From Camelus dromedarius (taxonomy: Eukaryota): a stretch of DNA of 64,000 bases. This document shows positions 24,401 through 38,461 of the stretch, one piece after another. The translations under genes and the position numbers were made by a program. The notes under the pieces are model-generated. The model was given only the letters and a program-made list of their open reading frames with translations. It searched no databases and had not been told where the DNA came from. Every line of letters starts with the position of its first letter. The first letter of the stretch is position 1. The DNA lies in contig NC_087437.1 in NCBI RefSeq assembly GCF_036321535.1, positions 20,832,001-20,896,000 on the forward strand. Reading direction: 5' to 3'.

Positions 24401-26899
24401 AAACTTAAGCCCTTTCAGTTTCTCATGTTAAAATGCAAGTTCATAGTCCCCAGTAGTATCAAAAGCGCTGAGGAGGGGGCCTAGGAATATGCATTTTAAT
24501 ATACCCTCCCAGTCTTTAGGCACCTTAAGGCCTGAGAACTATTGATAATGCTGTGTTCAATTCAATAAACATTCATTTTCAGCAGCACTTATTAGACAGA
24601 AAGAAGTCAGGGGACCCTAAGCTAGTTTATGTAAACCAGAATTTAACTTGAAGGCTCTTTTCGGCTTCTGAATTTTAGATTTTTCCTTAATCGTAGTGTG
24701 GTATAGTTGAAAGATCATCAGCTGGGAAGTTAGGAAACCTTGTTGTAAATATGAGATAACCGAGACCCAGAATGGTTCATTTACTCACTTGTGGTTGTTA
24801 CCCAGAGATGTAGTGGCAGAGATAGAAGCAGAACTTGAGGAGGCAAAGGGCCCGGATCCACCCAACCTCTGAGGAGCAGAGACAAGGCACCTGTGAGAAG
24901 GCTAACTCCTGAAATGAGCCTCTGCTTCAGCCGGGGAACTTTGATCTGCCTTCTGGTAGGCAGGGCCTCTCTTGGGATGTGTGTGGGCAGCTCAGACCCT
25001 GCGAGGGTCACTTCATGAGACCGCTCTGTGCCCTGAGCCCCGAGGGGGTAACATTGGAGCTAGACCGAGGAGGACATAGGGCAGCTACTCGGCTCCATGC
25101 CATGAGAACTGAGTAGGAGGTGGGGTCCAGAGTCAGAAGCCAAAAGAATAGAGCAGGGACAGGGCAAGGGCAAGACTCACACTGTGGGCAAAAGCTAGGT
25201 CAAGACAGGCATGCGTTGAAAAGTCAAAGCCAGAGCTGAGGGTCGCTGCCATGGGTTCAGCCTTGAGGGTGACATCCCCTTACCCAACTTCGTGGTCAGG
25301 TGATGTACCTGCCCAATCTGCACCTGCCTCATTAAATCTAGAAGGTGCTGTCTGCTCGGCTGCCTTCTAACAGCAGGTGAGTAGGAGCACCTGGCCAAAC
25401 GAGGGGTAATGGGTCAGAGGAGAGGTACCTGAAAATGGAAACTTGGACATTTCTGTTACCCCAGAGAACACAGTGAACAAACAACAACCAAATTTTAAAA
25501 TCCTCACCACCTTCTGAGCGGAAGTGTGACTCTCCATCCTGTCTGCATCACTCTGCTGACAGCCAGAAGACCACACTCATGGGTCACCTGATACTGTGTG
25601 GCTGCCCTTCCACTGGTTTTACTACCTCAACTTCTGGAGGGCCGCCATTGTACCATTTGACTCTCAAGCTCAGCTTCAAGTTCAGCCTCCACAGACTGCT
25701 CAGCCCTCACAGTCCCCAGTTCAGGGTCAGCGTCTATAAATCACCATTTAGCTTCCTCCATGCCCAAGTTCACATCCTTCTCCTGTGACTGCACCAGGAG
25801 AAGCATGAGAGCCCAAACCCAAAGGAACAGCTTCTTGGCACCCATCCTGCACGTGTAAGCACAAGGGAATTTGCCAAGGATCACTGAGCTTCCCTGCTCC
25901 TGTGTTTGGTCTTTGTCATCTTTTGGCTGTCCCATGCAGGATCCCTGCCTTCCTGATGCTTGGCCTCCTGGTCCAAACTTGCGGAGCCAGGGTCATGACG
26001 AGTAGGGATTCTGGGAAGCTCCACAGCCTCCCCTGAATCAGGGTTACAACAGATGGAGGGTGACTTTCCAGACATGGCTGGGGCAGTTTGAGTCATCACT
26101 ATGAGGTTGGCCCTTTACAGAGCCCATTTCCCTGGTGTCCTGAACTTCCCTGGCTGAGGCACCTTCTGATACTCAGATGAAGTTTTGATTGCTGGCAAGA
26201 CCTGGATCCCAAAGCTAGGAAGGTCTATGTGGTGGTGACAGCAGTGCCTCCAGATCTAACTCCCAGGAGGTGGAAATCGGAGTTCTGTGACATCCAGATA
26301 AGGTGTCCATATGCCGCCAGGGAGTCTTGAGTGGTCAGCAGAGTAGGAGATCTGAGGGCAAAGAGTGTTCTTTGGGGCCCAGGACATTTTACAAGTGCCA
26401 CTGGTGGTCCCATTCCTACCTGTCTGTGCTGACTCCATGCCCCTCCCCCACCCCTACACACACACCCTGCTAATAAGTAACTAACTTTAGGAATAAAAAG
26501 CACTAATACAGTCCTTTATCAAAAGTGCCAGAGGCCCCTGGCCCGGGCAGTCTGTCTCTGCCCCATGGCTGTCCCATCATGGCCTTCCTATTGCCCCATG
26601 GGAACCAGTGTCACTGCTGTCAAGTCTGCCTGCCAGGCCAAGGGGCACTGCCTCGAAGAAGCCCAGCATTCCCAGTTGGTGACGTCCCACTTCCACAGTC
26701 AGGAGCAACCTGGCAAACCCAGGGGCTCACGCCATATCAAGAGTCCTATTTTTCCATCATCAAAATGCCTGACAGCACAAAGTGCCGGGCAAGTATTAGG
26801 AAAGCTAAAATGGTGAGAGAGATCTGAAGTCACCCCGTGCAAGTTCTGAAGGCCTCACACTTGACTGCCATCTTGACTGGACAGCATCAAAAGGAGCCC

Positions 26900-27780
26900 C
26901 TACATGTCGATCAGGATGGCTAAAATAAAAAGACGTTACCAAATGCTGGCGAGGGTGTGGGGAGACGACCGCTCATGCATGGTGGGGGGAGAGTAAATGG
27001 TGCAGCTGCTCTGGAAAACAGTTTGACAGTTTTTAATAAAGTTAAAGGTATACTTGCCGTACATTCCCGTTCCTGGGGATTTACCCAAGAGAAATGAAAA
27101 CGTAGGTTCACACAAAACCCTGTTCATGAATATTCATAGCAGTTTTATTGGTTATAGCTTAAAACTGGACACCAGCCAGATGTCCCTCAGTGGGTGAATG
27201 GATAACACACTGCGGTACATCCATACCATGGACTCCTATTCAAGGGTGAAAAGGCACATCTTTACGTACAACTGGAATGAATCATAAGGGCATTCAGCTG
27301 GGTGAAAAGAAAGCCAATCTCGGGTTACAGACTGCATGATTCCATTTATATAACATTCTCAAAGGGACAAAATGACAGTGATGGAGAACAGATCAGTGGC
27401 AGGGGTTAGGGTTGGGGGAAGGTGTGACTGTAGCGGGCCAGCACAGGGAATTTCTTTGTGGTGATGAAATAGTTCTGTGTCTTGATTGTAATCATGGCCA
27501 CTCCAGTCTATAGGTGTGATAAAATTTCATTGAACTTTAGACAGACAGACAGACCCCCACACAGTGTGTGCAGAAACTGGCAAAATCCCAAGTGGGTCTG
27601 TGCCTGAGTTAGGAGTATTGTACCAATGTTAGTTTCTTAGTTTAGACAATGTACTACAGTGGTATAAGATGTTATCATTCTGGAGAGCTAGGTGATGTCA
27701 CACAGTTACTGTACTATTTTTGCAATTTCTTGTGAATCTTAAACTATTTCTCCCAAAATTATTAAAGCAACTTTTTAAAA
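26900..27780 (+). mobile_element. L1MC/L1MD 3' end
   Basis: caggatggctaaaataaaaaga...ctggaaaacagtttgacagttt...atttacccaagagaaatgaaaac...gattccatttatataacattctc...ttgcaatttcttgtgaatc. Confidence 0.9.
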
Positions 27781-27945
27781 GTTTTTTTTTTAAGTTTAAA
27801 GAAAAGGGGGAGGTTGTTCCTCACCCCAGGAAAGGAGGATTCAGCCACTGGCTTGTCTTTTATGAGCAACCCCTATTGTTTACTTCGCCGCTGTCTAATT
27901 TATGGTTAGGCTTCTACGACGGCGTCCTGGTGGCTTTGGCCTCAC

Positions 27946-28220
27946 CCTCTGCTTCTCAGAGTCAGCCCATCTGGGATCCAGTCGAAAGAAGCTCATGTCT
28001 TCCAGGGCTGAGTGTGAATATGCCCCCATCCCCCGCTTCCCTAAGTCTGTAACTTCAAAGCGATGTAAAGACTCAGATCTAAGAAATGATCTCACGGTGA
28101 AGATCTTGGACAAATCATCTTTCTCGCCCCTGCCCAGCAATTCCTTTTCTGGAATGGCTCTTTGTCTTCCCTGCTCTTCATACAGATTATTCTCTTCACC
28201 TTCACCAAACGGCCCCTCCT
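27946..28220 (-). other. candidate minus-strand exon with an open, charge-rich reading frame
   Basis: Acceptor ggttaatctccttccattag| and donor AGG|GTGAGG. Open in the frame of ORF 27895..28473. No homologue recognised. Confidence 0.3.
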
Positions 28221-31200
28221 CTAATGGAAGGAGATTAACCCTTCTCTGCTCCCTCGCAGTCAGCTGAGAGCTTGCTTTCACCAGCAGTGCTCTCTCCGGG
28301 CCCTGTGCCACAGCTGAACGCTCCAGCGTGAGATGGCTGCCTTCCCTCTGAGGCATCTCTGCCTCTCTCACACACCTTTTTGCCAGATTTGGCCCTGGGA
28401 AGACAGTTTTGAAATTAAACTTATCGTGAGCCATCTGAGTTTGCAGTATGGAATTGCACAAGGCCCTGGGCATTCAGGCCAAGGGGTACTTGCTGTGTTC
28501 ATTACCTTCAAGGCCCCATCTTCATGAAATTCTAGCATGATTTACTCCCTTGTTTTGCTGAGGGGTCCATCCCCAGCATCACCTAAGATTGAGGCTCTGC
28601 GTATGGGGCTGACGTCTATGTGGCATCCTGTCCGGATATAACAAGACACACACACAAGCCACTGTCCCCCAGGACTGGCCTCGGCCCCTAATTTCCTGCC
28701 ACGTCTTATTTATTAGGGGGACTCATCTCAAGAGACCATGGTGAGAGGGACATAGGCGTCCGTGGCTTATGCCTGGTTGTGAGCTGTAGTCAGGACAGTG
28801 TGCCAGAAAGGTGACTATCTGAATTGCCTGTCTTCAGTAGGCGTTGGTGAACCTCCTAGTTTTGCACCTTTTGGTTTCAAAACCATACTGAACAACGGAA
28901 AATGAAACCTGCAACTTATTTTTAGCTGCTCATGCTAACTCATGAGATTTCTCTTTGCAAACCAAATAGGATAAAGTCTCCTTCAGCGGGCTAAACTTAA
29001 TCTGATTGACTTAATATAGCAATTAAGCCTACTTCTCTGATACTTCTCAAGTGACACTTGGTCCCAGGTGATATTTTGGCTAATATTTACTATTTTGCTT
29101 AAAATGATAATTACTTGAGCTTTAAAAAAATTAAACAAGTGTTCTATAATATCATCTGCAGAGAGGACTTAGGAAAAAAGTCATAAATGCTCTATCCTGG
29201 AATCTATTCATTAATTCACTTATTCTGTTACCATTTATTGGACACCTATTAAGTGAAAGGTGGATTTTCAAAAATTGAAACTGTGTGTTGCATTGCAAAG
29301 AACAGAATATTAGTAATTAAGGAACATGGCTTTTATCCTGGTTGCTGAGGTCTTCAGATACAAATTTCTCTTTGAATCTGATTTTCTTCTCCCTCGCAGA
29401 AGGGATTCAGATGACACCTTCTAAAGTGCCCTGCCCATCCTGCAATTCTGTGAAATGCTCTCTGCCACAGAGGGCCCGCGGAAATGCTGAGGCACATTTT
29501 GGAGGCAGCGGTACTGTTGTCAGGCCACTCTTATTTCTGTCACCTCTCTCCCTGTTCTAGGAGGGACAGCTATAAAGAAAACCTATGATCTGCTCACCAG
29601 ACAACTTGTGCCCCACCCCACCCCCTTGGTAAACAGATGATTAAGAACTTGAAAGACTACCATAGGTCTTTTTAGTCCACGGGTTCATTCCTCAATTTAT
29701 GGAACAAATTCTAATTTTCGGAAGTGGTTTCATGAGCTGAAGATTTCCACTGCTAGTGGTGGGAGCAGGGAAGAGACCCCCAAATTGATGTTGGTCAGTC
29801 AAGAGCGTGTCCTCATACGCCCCTCCATTGCACCAGGCAAGGCTCTAGGTGCCGTGACAGGTACACAGATGTCACAGGATGCAAGCCAGAGATGTGAGTC
29901 AAGGTAGATAATTCAATGCAACAGGAACATATAGGGCTTTCATCTTCAGTCCAAAGGAAGTGAAGATTTACTGAGGTTTGCTAAGTTGCCCTGGTGAGAA
30001 GAAGTTCACGGTTGTGACCTTTCTGAGCTACAAAGTCATTTATCTGAGAGAAGAAAAAGCAAATGAGTTTGTTCCCAGGGTGTCTTGGAATAGTTATTGC
30101 CCAGAATGAAGAAGGATACGAGGAGAGGATGATGCTCTCACATGGGGTAGATTTTACCCGTCTGTAAGAATTCTTCCTTCTCAACCTTTATTTACACCTC
30201 ACCCTTCCCTCTTCAACCTAGCTGCCAATTTCTCTAGAAACAAGAAACCCGGCCCTCTTGCTGAATATATATTTTGCCAATTCAGGAACCAGAAGACCCT
30301 GTTCTGTGTTGTTCCATTTGCTCTCCATCTGGGGGGTGGCCAGCCGCGAGGGCTGCAAGTGAACGTGTGATTGGGGATGCAGGAATGCTCTTGATCTCCA
30401 TGGGCATGTGAGGTCTTTACTAGTGCCATGTTTCAAATGCACTGAGCAATGAAAGCAGGGATGATTCTGCTGCTAAAGCTGAGGTCGTAATATCAAAAAT
30501 AGTGGTGAGCTGCGCTGAGGATATTCCCATGGGAGAGTCTGAGCTGGATTAGGGTGGGGTGGGTGTCGTCCACCACAGTCTCCCTGGCAACCCTAAGTCA
30601 CTTAGCACCTTTTCTCTGTTGAAGACCACATGGTTCACATTTCCCTTCTCCCTCCAGCTCTTTCCTTGAGGGTAACCTCAGTTTGGTCCCCAAGGCTTGC
30701 TGCCCAGTCCTTGCCATAAGGTGTGTACTCCTTGCCCACACCTTACACAGATGCTAATGGTTGGAAGTGAGGAAGCTTAGATCTAAGAATTGGAGCCGGC
30801 TCCCTGGAGTTCAGACTCCTCATGCACTTCCATTCACCCAGCCCTTCATTCTACTGCCTCCCAAGCACTGAGGGAGATAATCCTCCTCTCATATTTCGAG
30901 CAGGATGGAGCTGATGGAGTGATTAGAATGCCTCCTTTGAGGGCCATCTGGTTGGCATATGAAATTACTGCCAAAAAGGAGACTGTCAGGCCACATAACT
31001 AGGAGGCTGGAGACTTGGAGTCCAGCTCTTGGGCTCGCCAACCTTGGATCTTTTAGAATCACAAACCTTCAGAGCTGGAAGGGATCTTAAACAGGGGCAG
31101 AATGTATAGATGTGAACATTGAGAGTCAATCATTAAAACGATGCATTTGAAACACTAAAGCTGGTTGAGGAAAATCTCTTCCTCAAAAGTTAAGCTTTTC

Positions 31201-31859
31201 AAAAGTCCATTCTTAAAATATGTTGGGGTAGGAACTCATCATACTGACTTAGGTTACCTGTTCAGGACAAAAATAATGTTTGTGAGTGGAAACCAGGTCA
31301 GTCTTGATTGTTACATTAATTTTTCTTTGTTAATTTAGATGAGAACAATCTCACAACTGGGTAACAAATTTACTCACAAAAGCAGGCTTGTAGAAGAATT
31401 TTAATTCAGCAAATGGACAAATTCACTTATTCAGTGTGTGATCTTGGGCAAATGACCAGATGTCTCACAGCCTCAGTTTCCTCATCTGTAACATGAAAAG
31501 ACTTAATTGGGTGAAGTGGTTTGCTCAGGTGGAAATGTAAGCTTTTCCACTTACTTCGCCTTATAAAACATTTCCAAATTATGACAAATCTCTGATGAAA
31601 ATTGTTATTCTGCTTTCTACCCTTGACTTTTCAACATGGTCTAGTTAATTCGTCTTCTCTTAGTCTTTTCCACCTGCTGGTCCAGACTATCTCCAGTTGG
31701 CAGCATTCTTGGTACCCACAATCCCCAGGGCCTGGGGCATTGAGGCTGGTTCATCTAAACAGGGCTAGTTCTGGCTCCAGAGAGTGGGGGTCCCCTCCAC
31801 TACAAGTCTGCATAGTCAGAAGATTACTACATCAGAGCAGAATACAGATGGAGGAGGCT

Positions 31860-32080
31860 TTATCCCCTTAGGATTGGTGGAAAGACCCAGACTTTGAAAT
31901 TAGTTGGACTTAGGTTTGAATCCTAACTCTGCTCTTTACTGTGTGACTAGTAATTTCAATTAGTTCCTAACCAAAAGTTGACAATAACAAATATCCATTT
32001 TGCAAGATTATTGGATTAGAATTAAATAATATAGCTAAAATATTGTGTATGTAGTAGGTTTTCAATAAATGGCAGCTATT
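31860..32080 (+). mobile_element. MIR SINE
   Basis: cagactttgaaattagttggacttaggtttgaatcctaactctgct...tagtaggttttcaataaatggcagctatt. Confidence 0.75.
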
Positions 32081-35000
32081 ACAGACTTAGCTCTGCTCAA
32101 GGTAGAAAGCAGAAGTTCCTGCTCAGATCTCTAGGCAAAATGTAGATGTTCAAAGTAGCAATGGACTTTCCCCGAAAATTTAGGCTAACGTATCATCCAA
32201 AGGCATTTTTAGTCATTGATAAATTAAGTCACCATGTTGTTTCCAGGACTGAATATACTATAAACAGATGTAATAACCAACCTCATAAAAATGTTTAAAC
32301 TTTTTAAATTCTAAGAATTTAAACAAAAATATTACATGTGGTAAATATTTTATCTTTTTTCTAGATTCTTTGTTGCATTTACTTTACTATAAACATTTTA
32401 TTTTTAAAAATTGAGATTTGAATAACCTAACCTGATAAACTTACCCACAAATGCTGAATATCTATATTAGGTATAAACGGAAACCAACTGTAGTTTTTTA
32501 ATACAGTGAATGGAGCAAAGAAATGTGCAAACCAGTCCAAATGTTTATANNNNNNNNNNNNNNNNNNNNNNNNNNNNNNNNNNNNNNNNNNNNNNNNNNN
32601 NNNNNNNNNNNNNNNNNNNNNNNNNNNNNNNNNNNNNNNNNNNNNNNNNNNNNNNNNNNNNNNNNNNNNNNNNNNNNNNNNNNNNNNNNNNNNNNNNNNN
32701 NNGAGCTCAGACTGCAGACGGAGACTGTGTGCAAGCAAGAGCGTTAATCAAAATGAAAGAGGCACCCCTCACTGCTAGCTCTGTCCTTCCCCAGCCTGCT
32801 CCTGCCAGATTATTTTGGGTTCCTCGTGCTTGATTCATCAAAGTGGCAAAAGCAGGTTAAAATTCTCATCGTGGAAAAGAGATTTGTCTGTTAAATTAAC
32901 GTTTGTGCATGTGCCCTGAGGAGGTTGATGAGCACACTATTTTTAAAAATCATAAGTGAATGCATACCCTTGCCACTTGTAATCATGACAAAGCTTAAGG
33001 AATTCGCGCATGAGCATGGTTTTTTTTTTTTTAAGTGCAAAACAGGATTTACTCATGGAGAATGTCAGTCTAAACAAGCTCATCCATCTGAACGCTTTCA
33101 ACTACAGCTCAAATTTGTTTAACACAAGCAGGTTTGGTAAACGAGCTACGTTTGCTCGTTGAGTGTTTTGGAACATCACAAAATAAACCAATACGTGGCT
33201 TTTAGGCTCGTTTTGACAGAGGGTAGACAGGGAAGCCCACAGGGAGGTTTGGAAACCTCTTGCCCTGGCATCCGGCTTATAAGTACCAGTAGGGGACCTG
33301 ACCACATTCGCCACCGTGCCCCTGCAAAGAGGACGTAACGCTATTCACTCATCTTGTGGGAGCCTGATACGGATTACTGTCCTTGTCACTGTCATTTATT
33401 ATCCCAGTCAGAAGGGGCAGCGACTTCATTCTACATGGTCGGAGTTGATGCCATATCGTGTGTATTTAGCCTACATGATAATATTTTGTGAGTATTTTAA
33501 TGTGAATGTCTAGCTTTCAAGTGTTATTGATGAGGAAAATCTGAACAGACACCAAGGGCATCAAATGCTTAGGTGTTCGCCTCAGCCTTCTCCAACCCCT
33601 ACTCCTCCCACCCCAACACTAAGGACCCTGCTTTATAGATGACCATATCTTAAATTAGTACCTTGTAACTCAGTGTTACAGTCTCTCTAATTCTCGACCC
33701 CCATGGTAAAGGAGGAATTAGCCTAAGGACACTCCATTCTAATTTTCTGTCGCTGTCAATGCTAACCAGAGCTTGTAGAGCAGTGACGTGGGGGTGGGGA
33801 AGATGGCTCCACCGTTGGTGTTAGACCAGGAGCTACTGTATCCGTTAGAGCCACATTTATTTCTGGAGTAGTTGTGGGAGAGAGATGTGCTCCAAAGAGA
33901 AGAGGACTCGGTGTGGTTCAGGTATGACCAACCATCTGGACAACCCAACTCAGGGACCTTAACGTGTATGGGACAGAGGTGGGCTGGGTACTTTCCCCAC
34001 ACTGAGCTAAAAATCACTTGGGTTCTGTGGAAGGAGATAGAATGAGAACTAGAAACAAAAGATACGGTTGTGAAACCTAGTACCTAAGTTAAAGATGTTC
34101 AAATACATTTTCTCCTTTTAAAAAATTCTGGGGAACTTGAATGTTTTGCTAACCTGATTATTTGTAGCTAGTCCTTCTAAAAGACAGAGGCAATCCCAGA
34201 AAAGATTAATTCATTTTTGCACGTGTTAAAATTAACATTAGCATATTTAGTGATGCAATAGGCAATTAAAGACTTTTGGAGAGATAAGAAGAAGAAAAAT
34301 GTACGTGTTATATATTCAAAATCAGTCTCATAGCATTTTATAAAAAAATGTTGGCTTATGTCCAGGATCTAAGGGTGGGGGTGGGTATGGTTTCTTTGTA
34401 GCTGAAGAAAGAGTAGAAAAGAATCTGTCCTATTTCCTTAAAAATAAAACACTTCATGCTTTATAAAGCATGGTAAATGGAATGCTTTTCTGATTTTTAC
34501 CTGCCGGCAGGATCTGGAGGAAATTTTCCTAGCAAGCTGTGCTGTTTTCCTCTTTTGGGGAACATGGTGACACTGGTTTTGTAGCAAAACAGTCTTTGCT
34601 TATTAGGCATTTCTTCAAAATCCTGAATAAGCAGCTCTTTCCACATTTTTTATTCCACATGTTAAACATTTCATTGCAATTTGAGCTTCAATTGTGTGTG
34701 CGTGTGTGTGCTGATTGGAAAGATTGAAAGGGGATGCATAAGAATTCTTGAAGGTTTTTTTGTATAAAAAATTAATTCCTACAATTATGTGTTGGAGTCT
34801 CTACAGAAGGTGATTCCGATTTATTACGTACAGCCAAACTAGAGCCCATCAATCTTGAGCAGCGGGGGTAGGGAAGTGATATTGAAGAAGACATGAAATT
34901 CAGTGTTTGAGTAGATGAGATTTAATTTTCGGAAAACATTTCACTCATAAAACGGATAGCACCCCAGTGTCAGCCCTGACCTCCATGATGTCAATGTCAT

Positions 35001-38000
35001 CGTGCGAGCGTAGCTGAGATAAGCCTCAAAGTAAAACAAAGAAACAGTGCATCTCAGCTCAACATCGTTTCTTCTCTTACAGTATGTACTATATATGTAT
35101 ACACACACACACACACACACAAAGCCTTTTGGTATTCTTATTAATAGCTTGTTACTTTACAATTTAGCTTTCAGAGGGGGAGGGAGGAGAAAAATCATTT
35201 TGCGTTTCCTAGGTTCTGAGCAAGCACAATATGCTGTTGCAAGACTTAACATTATTTAGGTCAGTGTCCTAAGGACAGCATTTATCGTTCACGATGGTCG
35301 GTTATACATGCAAAGGAACTCAGCATCAATTAATTTTTCTGTAACTGATTTTATTCTGCTTCTAATTCTAAGCAAATTCATTCACATTTTAATACAATTC
35401 CAACTGAGGAGGTATCTGCTGTTCTGTACTGCAGATACATTTAGCAGAATACATTTACACGGCTTGTGGTTAGAGGTTATAGCACAGATACAGACAGCTG
35501 ATCATGCATTCTTCTACAAGCCTGCCGGCACCATTTAGGATTCTAAAAAATAATCTAGAAATGCTACACCCTTTATAATATTGTTCTTTACTTTGCAATA
35601 GCTTAAAAGGTTTGTTTTTTCTGTTATTGTTGCTAGCAATTCTATGAAATTAACAGTCTAGAAAATGCATCCCGAACCAGATACATACTGTATTGAAAGC
35701 TCTCTTCAAGAAGAAGATATGACAGTATTCGTTCCAGCTTATTTTCTTCCTTAGCAAAAGGATTGTTTGATTCTCAGAAGCAAAAAGACACATTCATTGT
35801 GCAGCAGCTCTGCTTAACTGTATGAAATGCCTTCTACTGTCTGGTTGCAGANNNNNNNNNNNNNNNNNNNNNNNNNNNNNNNNNNNNNNNNNNNNNNNNN
35901 NNNNNNNNNNNNNNNNNNNNNNNNNNNNNNNNNNNNNNNNNNNNNNNNNNNNNNNNNNNNNNNNNNNNNNNNNNNNNNNNNNNNNNNNNNNNNNNNNNNN
36001 NNNNNNNNNNNNNNNNNNNNNNNNNNNNNNNNNNNNNNNNNNNNNNNNNNNNNNNNNNNNNNNNNNNNNNNNNNNNNNNNNNNNNNNNNNNNNNNNNNNN
36101 NNNNNNNNNNNNNNNNNNNNNNNNNNNNNNNNNNNNNNNNNNNNNNNNNNNNNNNNNNNNNNNNNNNNNNNNNNNNNNNNNNNNNNNNNNNNNNNNNNNN
36201 NNNNNNNNNNNNNNNNNNNNNNNNNNNNNNNNNNNNNNNNNNNNNNNATCACCTTTCAGTTCCGATTCATTTGCTTCTGGATGTTTGCTTTTTATCACAT
36301 TCAAAATGGAATTTTACCTCTTTTTTTTTTTTTAACAAAGCCAAAAAAAAAAAAAAAAACGCTAAAAACAAAACAACAACAAAACTCTGCTACCAGATGG
36401 TGTCTCCCCTTTCTTCTTGCGTTTGCTGTCTTTTAAATAATGTATGTTGTATTGTTAATTAATGTGAATATCAAATTAAACAGTTGAAACTTACATGTTT
36501 ATTATGCAGGTAGGAGGCAAGGTGGAATCTATTTTTAACTCATGCACTCCATGGTGTGCAAACAACTTGGTTCTCAAANNNNNNNNNNNNNNNNNNNNNN
36601 NNNNNNNNNNNNNNNNNNNNNNNNNNNNNNNNNNNNNNNNNNNNNNNNNNNNNNNNNNNNNNNNNNNNNNNNNNNNNNNNNNNNNNNNNNNNNNNNNNNN
36701 NNNNNNNNNNNNNNNNNTCAGAGAAACCTTGGATGAGAAACTTCTTTTTTCAAACCTGTTTTCCTGTTGATAAATTCAGTTCTCGTGATCACAGTACATT
36801 CAAGCTGTTCTGCGTATGACTTTGTGTGTGTGTGACAATTGCATCTAAAACTTGAGAGCAAGAAGACGGAGAAATCAGTTGGTCTCCATCGCTTTACACA
36901 AAAATGGCTGAGTGTCTTTCATGCTAGCACTGCATTAAGTGATACATACAGGTAGGTTGAAATTTGCATGTTTTATAGATTTTTTTTGAGCCATGTAGCA
37001 AGAACATCAGATAGATTAAAATATGATTATTAAAACAAAATTAAATAAGACAGTTGTAATTTGGGGGGGGCAGGGTATTAAGTTGCATAGCCTTTCCTAT
37101 TCAGGTACTATATAAATATATATCTTTTATAAACTTATAAACTGATTCTGTTATAAAAGTAAGATGATTCCTCTTAAAAAATCATATATATGATAGGTGT
37201 GGCGCCATTAGACAACAAAAGAATTTTTTGAAAAGTCTGTGTATTCAGCTCCATTTTTGCTTGAAACTAAAAATAAATGGGTTTCTGGAGATAATTTTGA
37301 ATAGCGCAAACAAGCTTAATAAGAAACATTTAAAATATTTAAATTTTAAGAAGCGGTCTTTAAACGTGGTTATATGAAAGATGAAAGTAAAAACTTAAAT
37401 ACTTCCAAAATCAATTTTAGATCATATATAAGAATAAATGCATTATTTGTATATCTATATTATTTGGGGAGGTGAGGATTACAATATTTAAAGGGGGAAA
37501 TATTAACTATAGGTGGCTCTGTTACAAGAAAAAGAGCTTCACTAAATGAAACAGAGTCCCTAGAATGGTTCATTGCAGATCATACAGCTGTGGTTCTATA
37601 AGTACCAGATTCTGGCACTTTTCAAAATAATTTAATGGGCTCTTTCCTTTGAGCTTAACTTCTCAAATATATTTTAGTTTCAAATTAACACTGGGCCAGA
37701 GCCTATTTCCTTAGTAACCCCATCCTGTTTAAAAATGCAATAAGAGATATACAAAGGATTGTCTTAAAAAAAAATGTTTCATGAAAATTTTGCAGTTCTT
37801 TTTCTTCTCATAGAGAGTCTAAATTGGTTTTAGATGTTTTAAAATGCGGTCTTCAAGCCTTGAAAATTAAGCCATATTTCTACACATAGACAGAAAGCTT
37901 ACACAGGGAGAGCTTTTTCCTTCCTCCTTTGTGCTCAGTACTTTCAAAATGAAGGTTTTCTTTGTAATGTGCTCCAGAATGCCAGTCAAGGTCTGTGTGC

Positions 38001-38461
38001 AAAGGTGTAGTTTCATTATCATGAGTTCACCAGCGCCACTGAAACAAAAGGTATCTCAGAAATTCTGAGAATCAGAAAATGCCGATGCTCTTGTTTTGCC
38101 TGATCCCTCTGCTGGTAACCTCCGAGCTCTCGGCATAGAGGGACCCTCACCCAAGCCCACCCCCCCGGCAATGATAAGTGCACACTGAGCCTCTGTGGAA
38201 AACGTCTTTGTAGGTGTGTTTAGGAGGAAGATGCTGCCAAACCCAAAACCTCCCTGAGGTTTGCTCCAATGTGAAGAACATTGAGAATGCAGAACCATCT
38301 GTGTAAATAGTTGCTTTATCGTAGCAGTTTGTCTACTATTCCAAAGCACTGTCTGTAAAAATCAAACCTCTTATGGTCTGACGATTTGTTGTTATATTGT
38401 TGTTATTGTGTTGTTTTGAGGCCAACTTAACTATTTTGCTTGGAGTTTTTCCCTGGCTTAC

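Noticed and set aside
25342-25382. Recursive-splice-like ctaacagcag|GTGAGT site
   Set aside because: Strong donor, but the pyrimidine tract is weak and the branch-like ctaac is too close to the AG. Not supportable alone.
9727-28908. Isolated immune motifs GGAAGTGAAA (9727) and GAAAATGAAAC (28898)
   Set aside because: Single short matches, compatible with chance in 64 kb. The first also lies in probable old L1-derived sequence.
35852-36717. Assignment of the masked pair to a specific miRNA cluster (miR-29a/b1, miR-221/222, let-7a-1/7f-1, miR-99a/let-7c, miR-30a, miR-101-1, miR-146a, miR-155)
   Set aside because: Spacing was sometimes compatible, but the visible flanks did not match the flanking sequences as I recall them, and expected partner hairpins were not seen elsewhere in the window.
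13892-36819. ORFs containing long X runs
   Set aside because: Artefacts of reading through N blocks.
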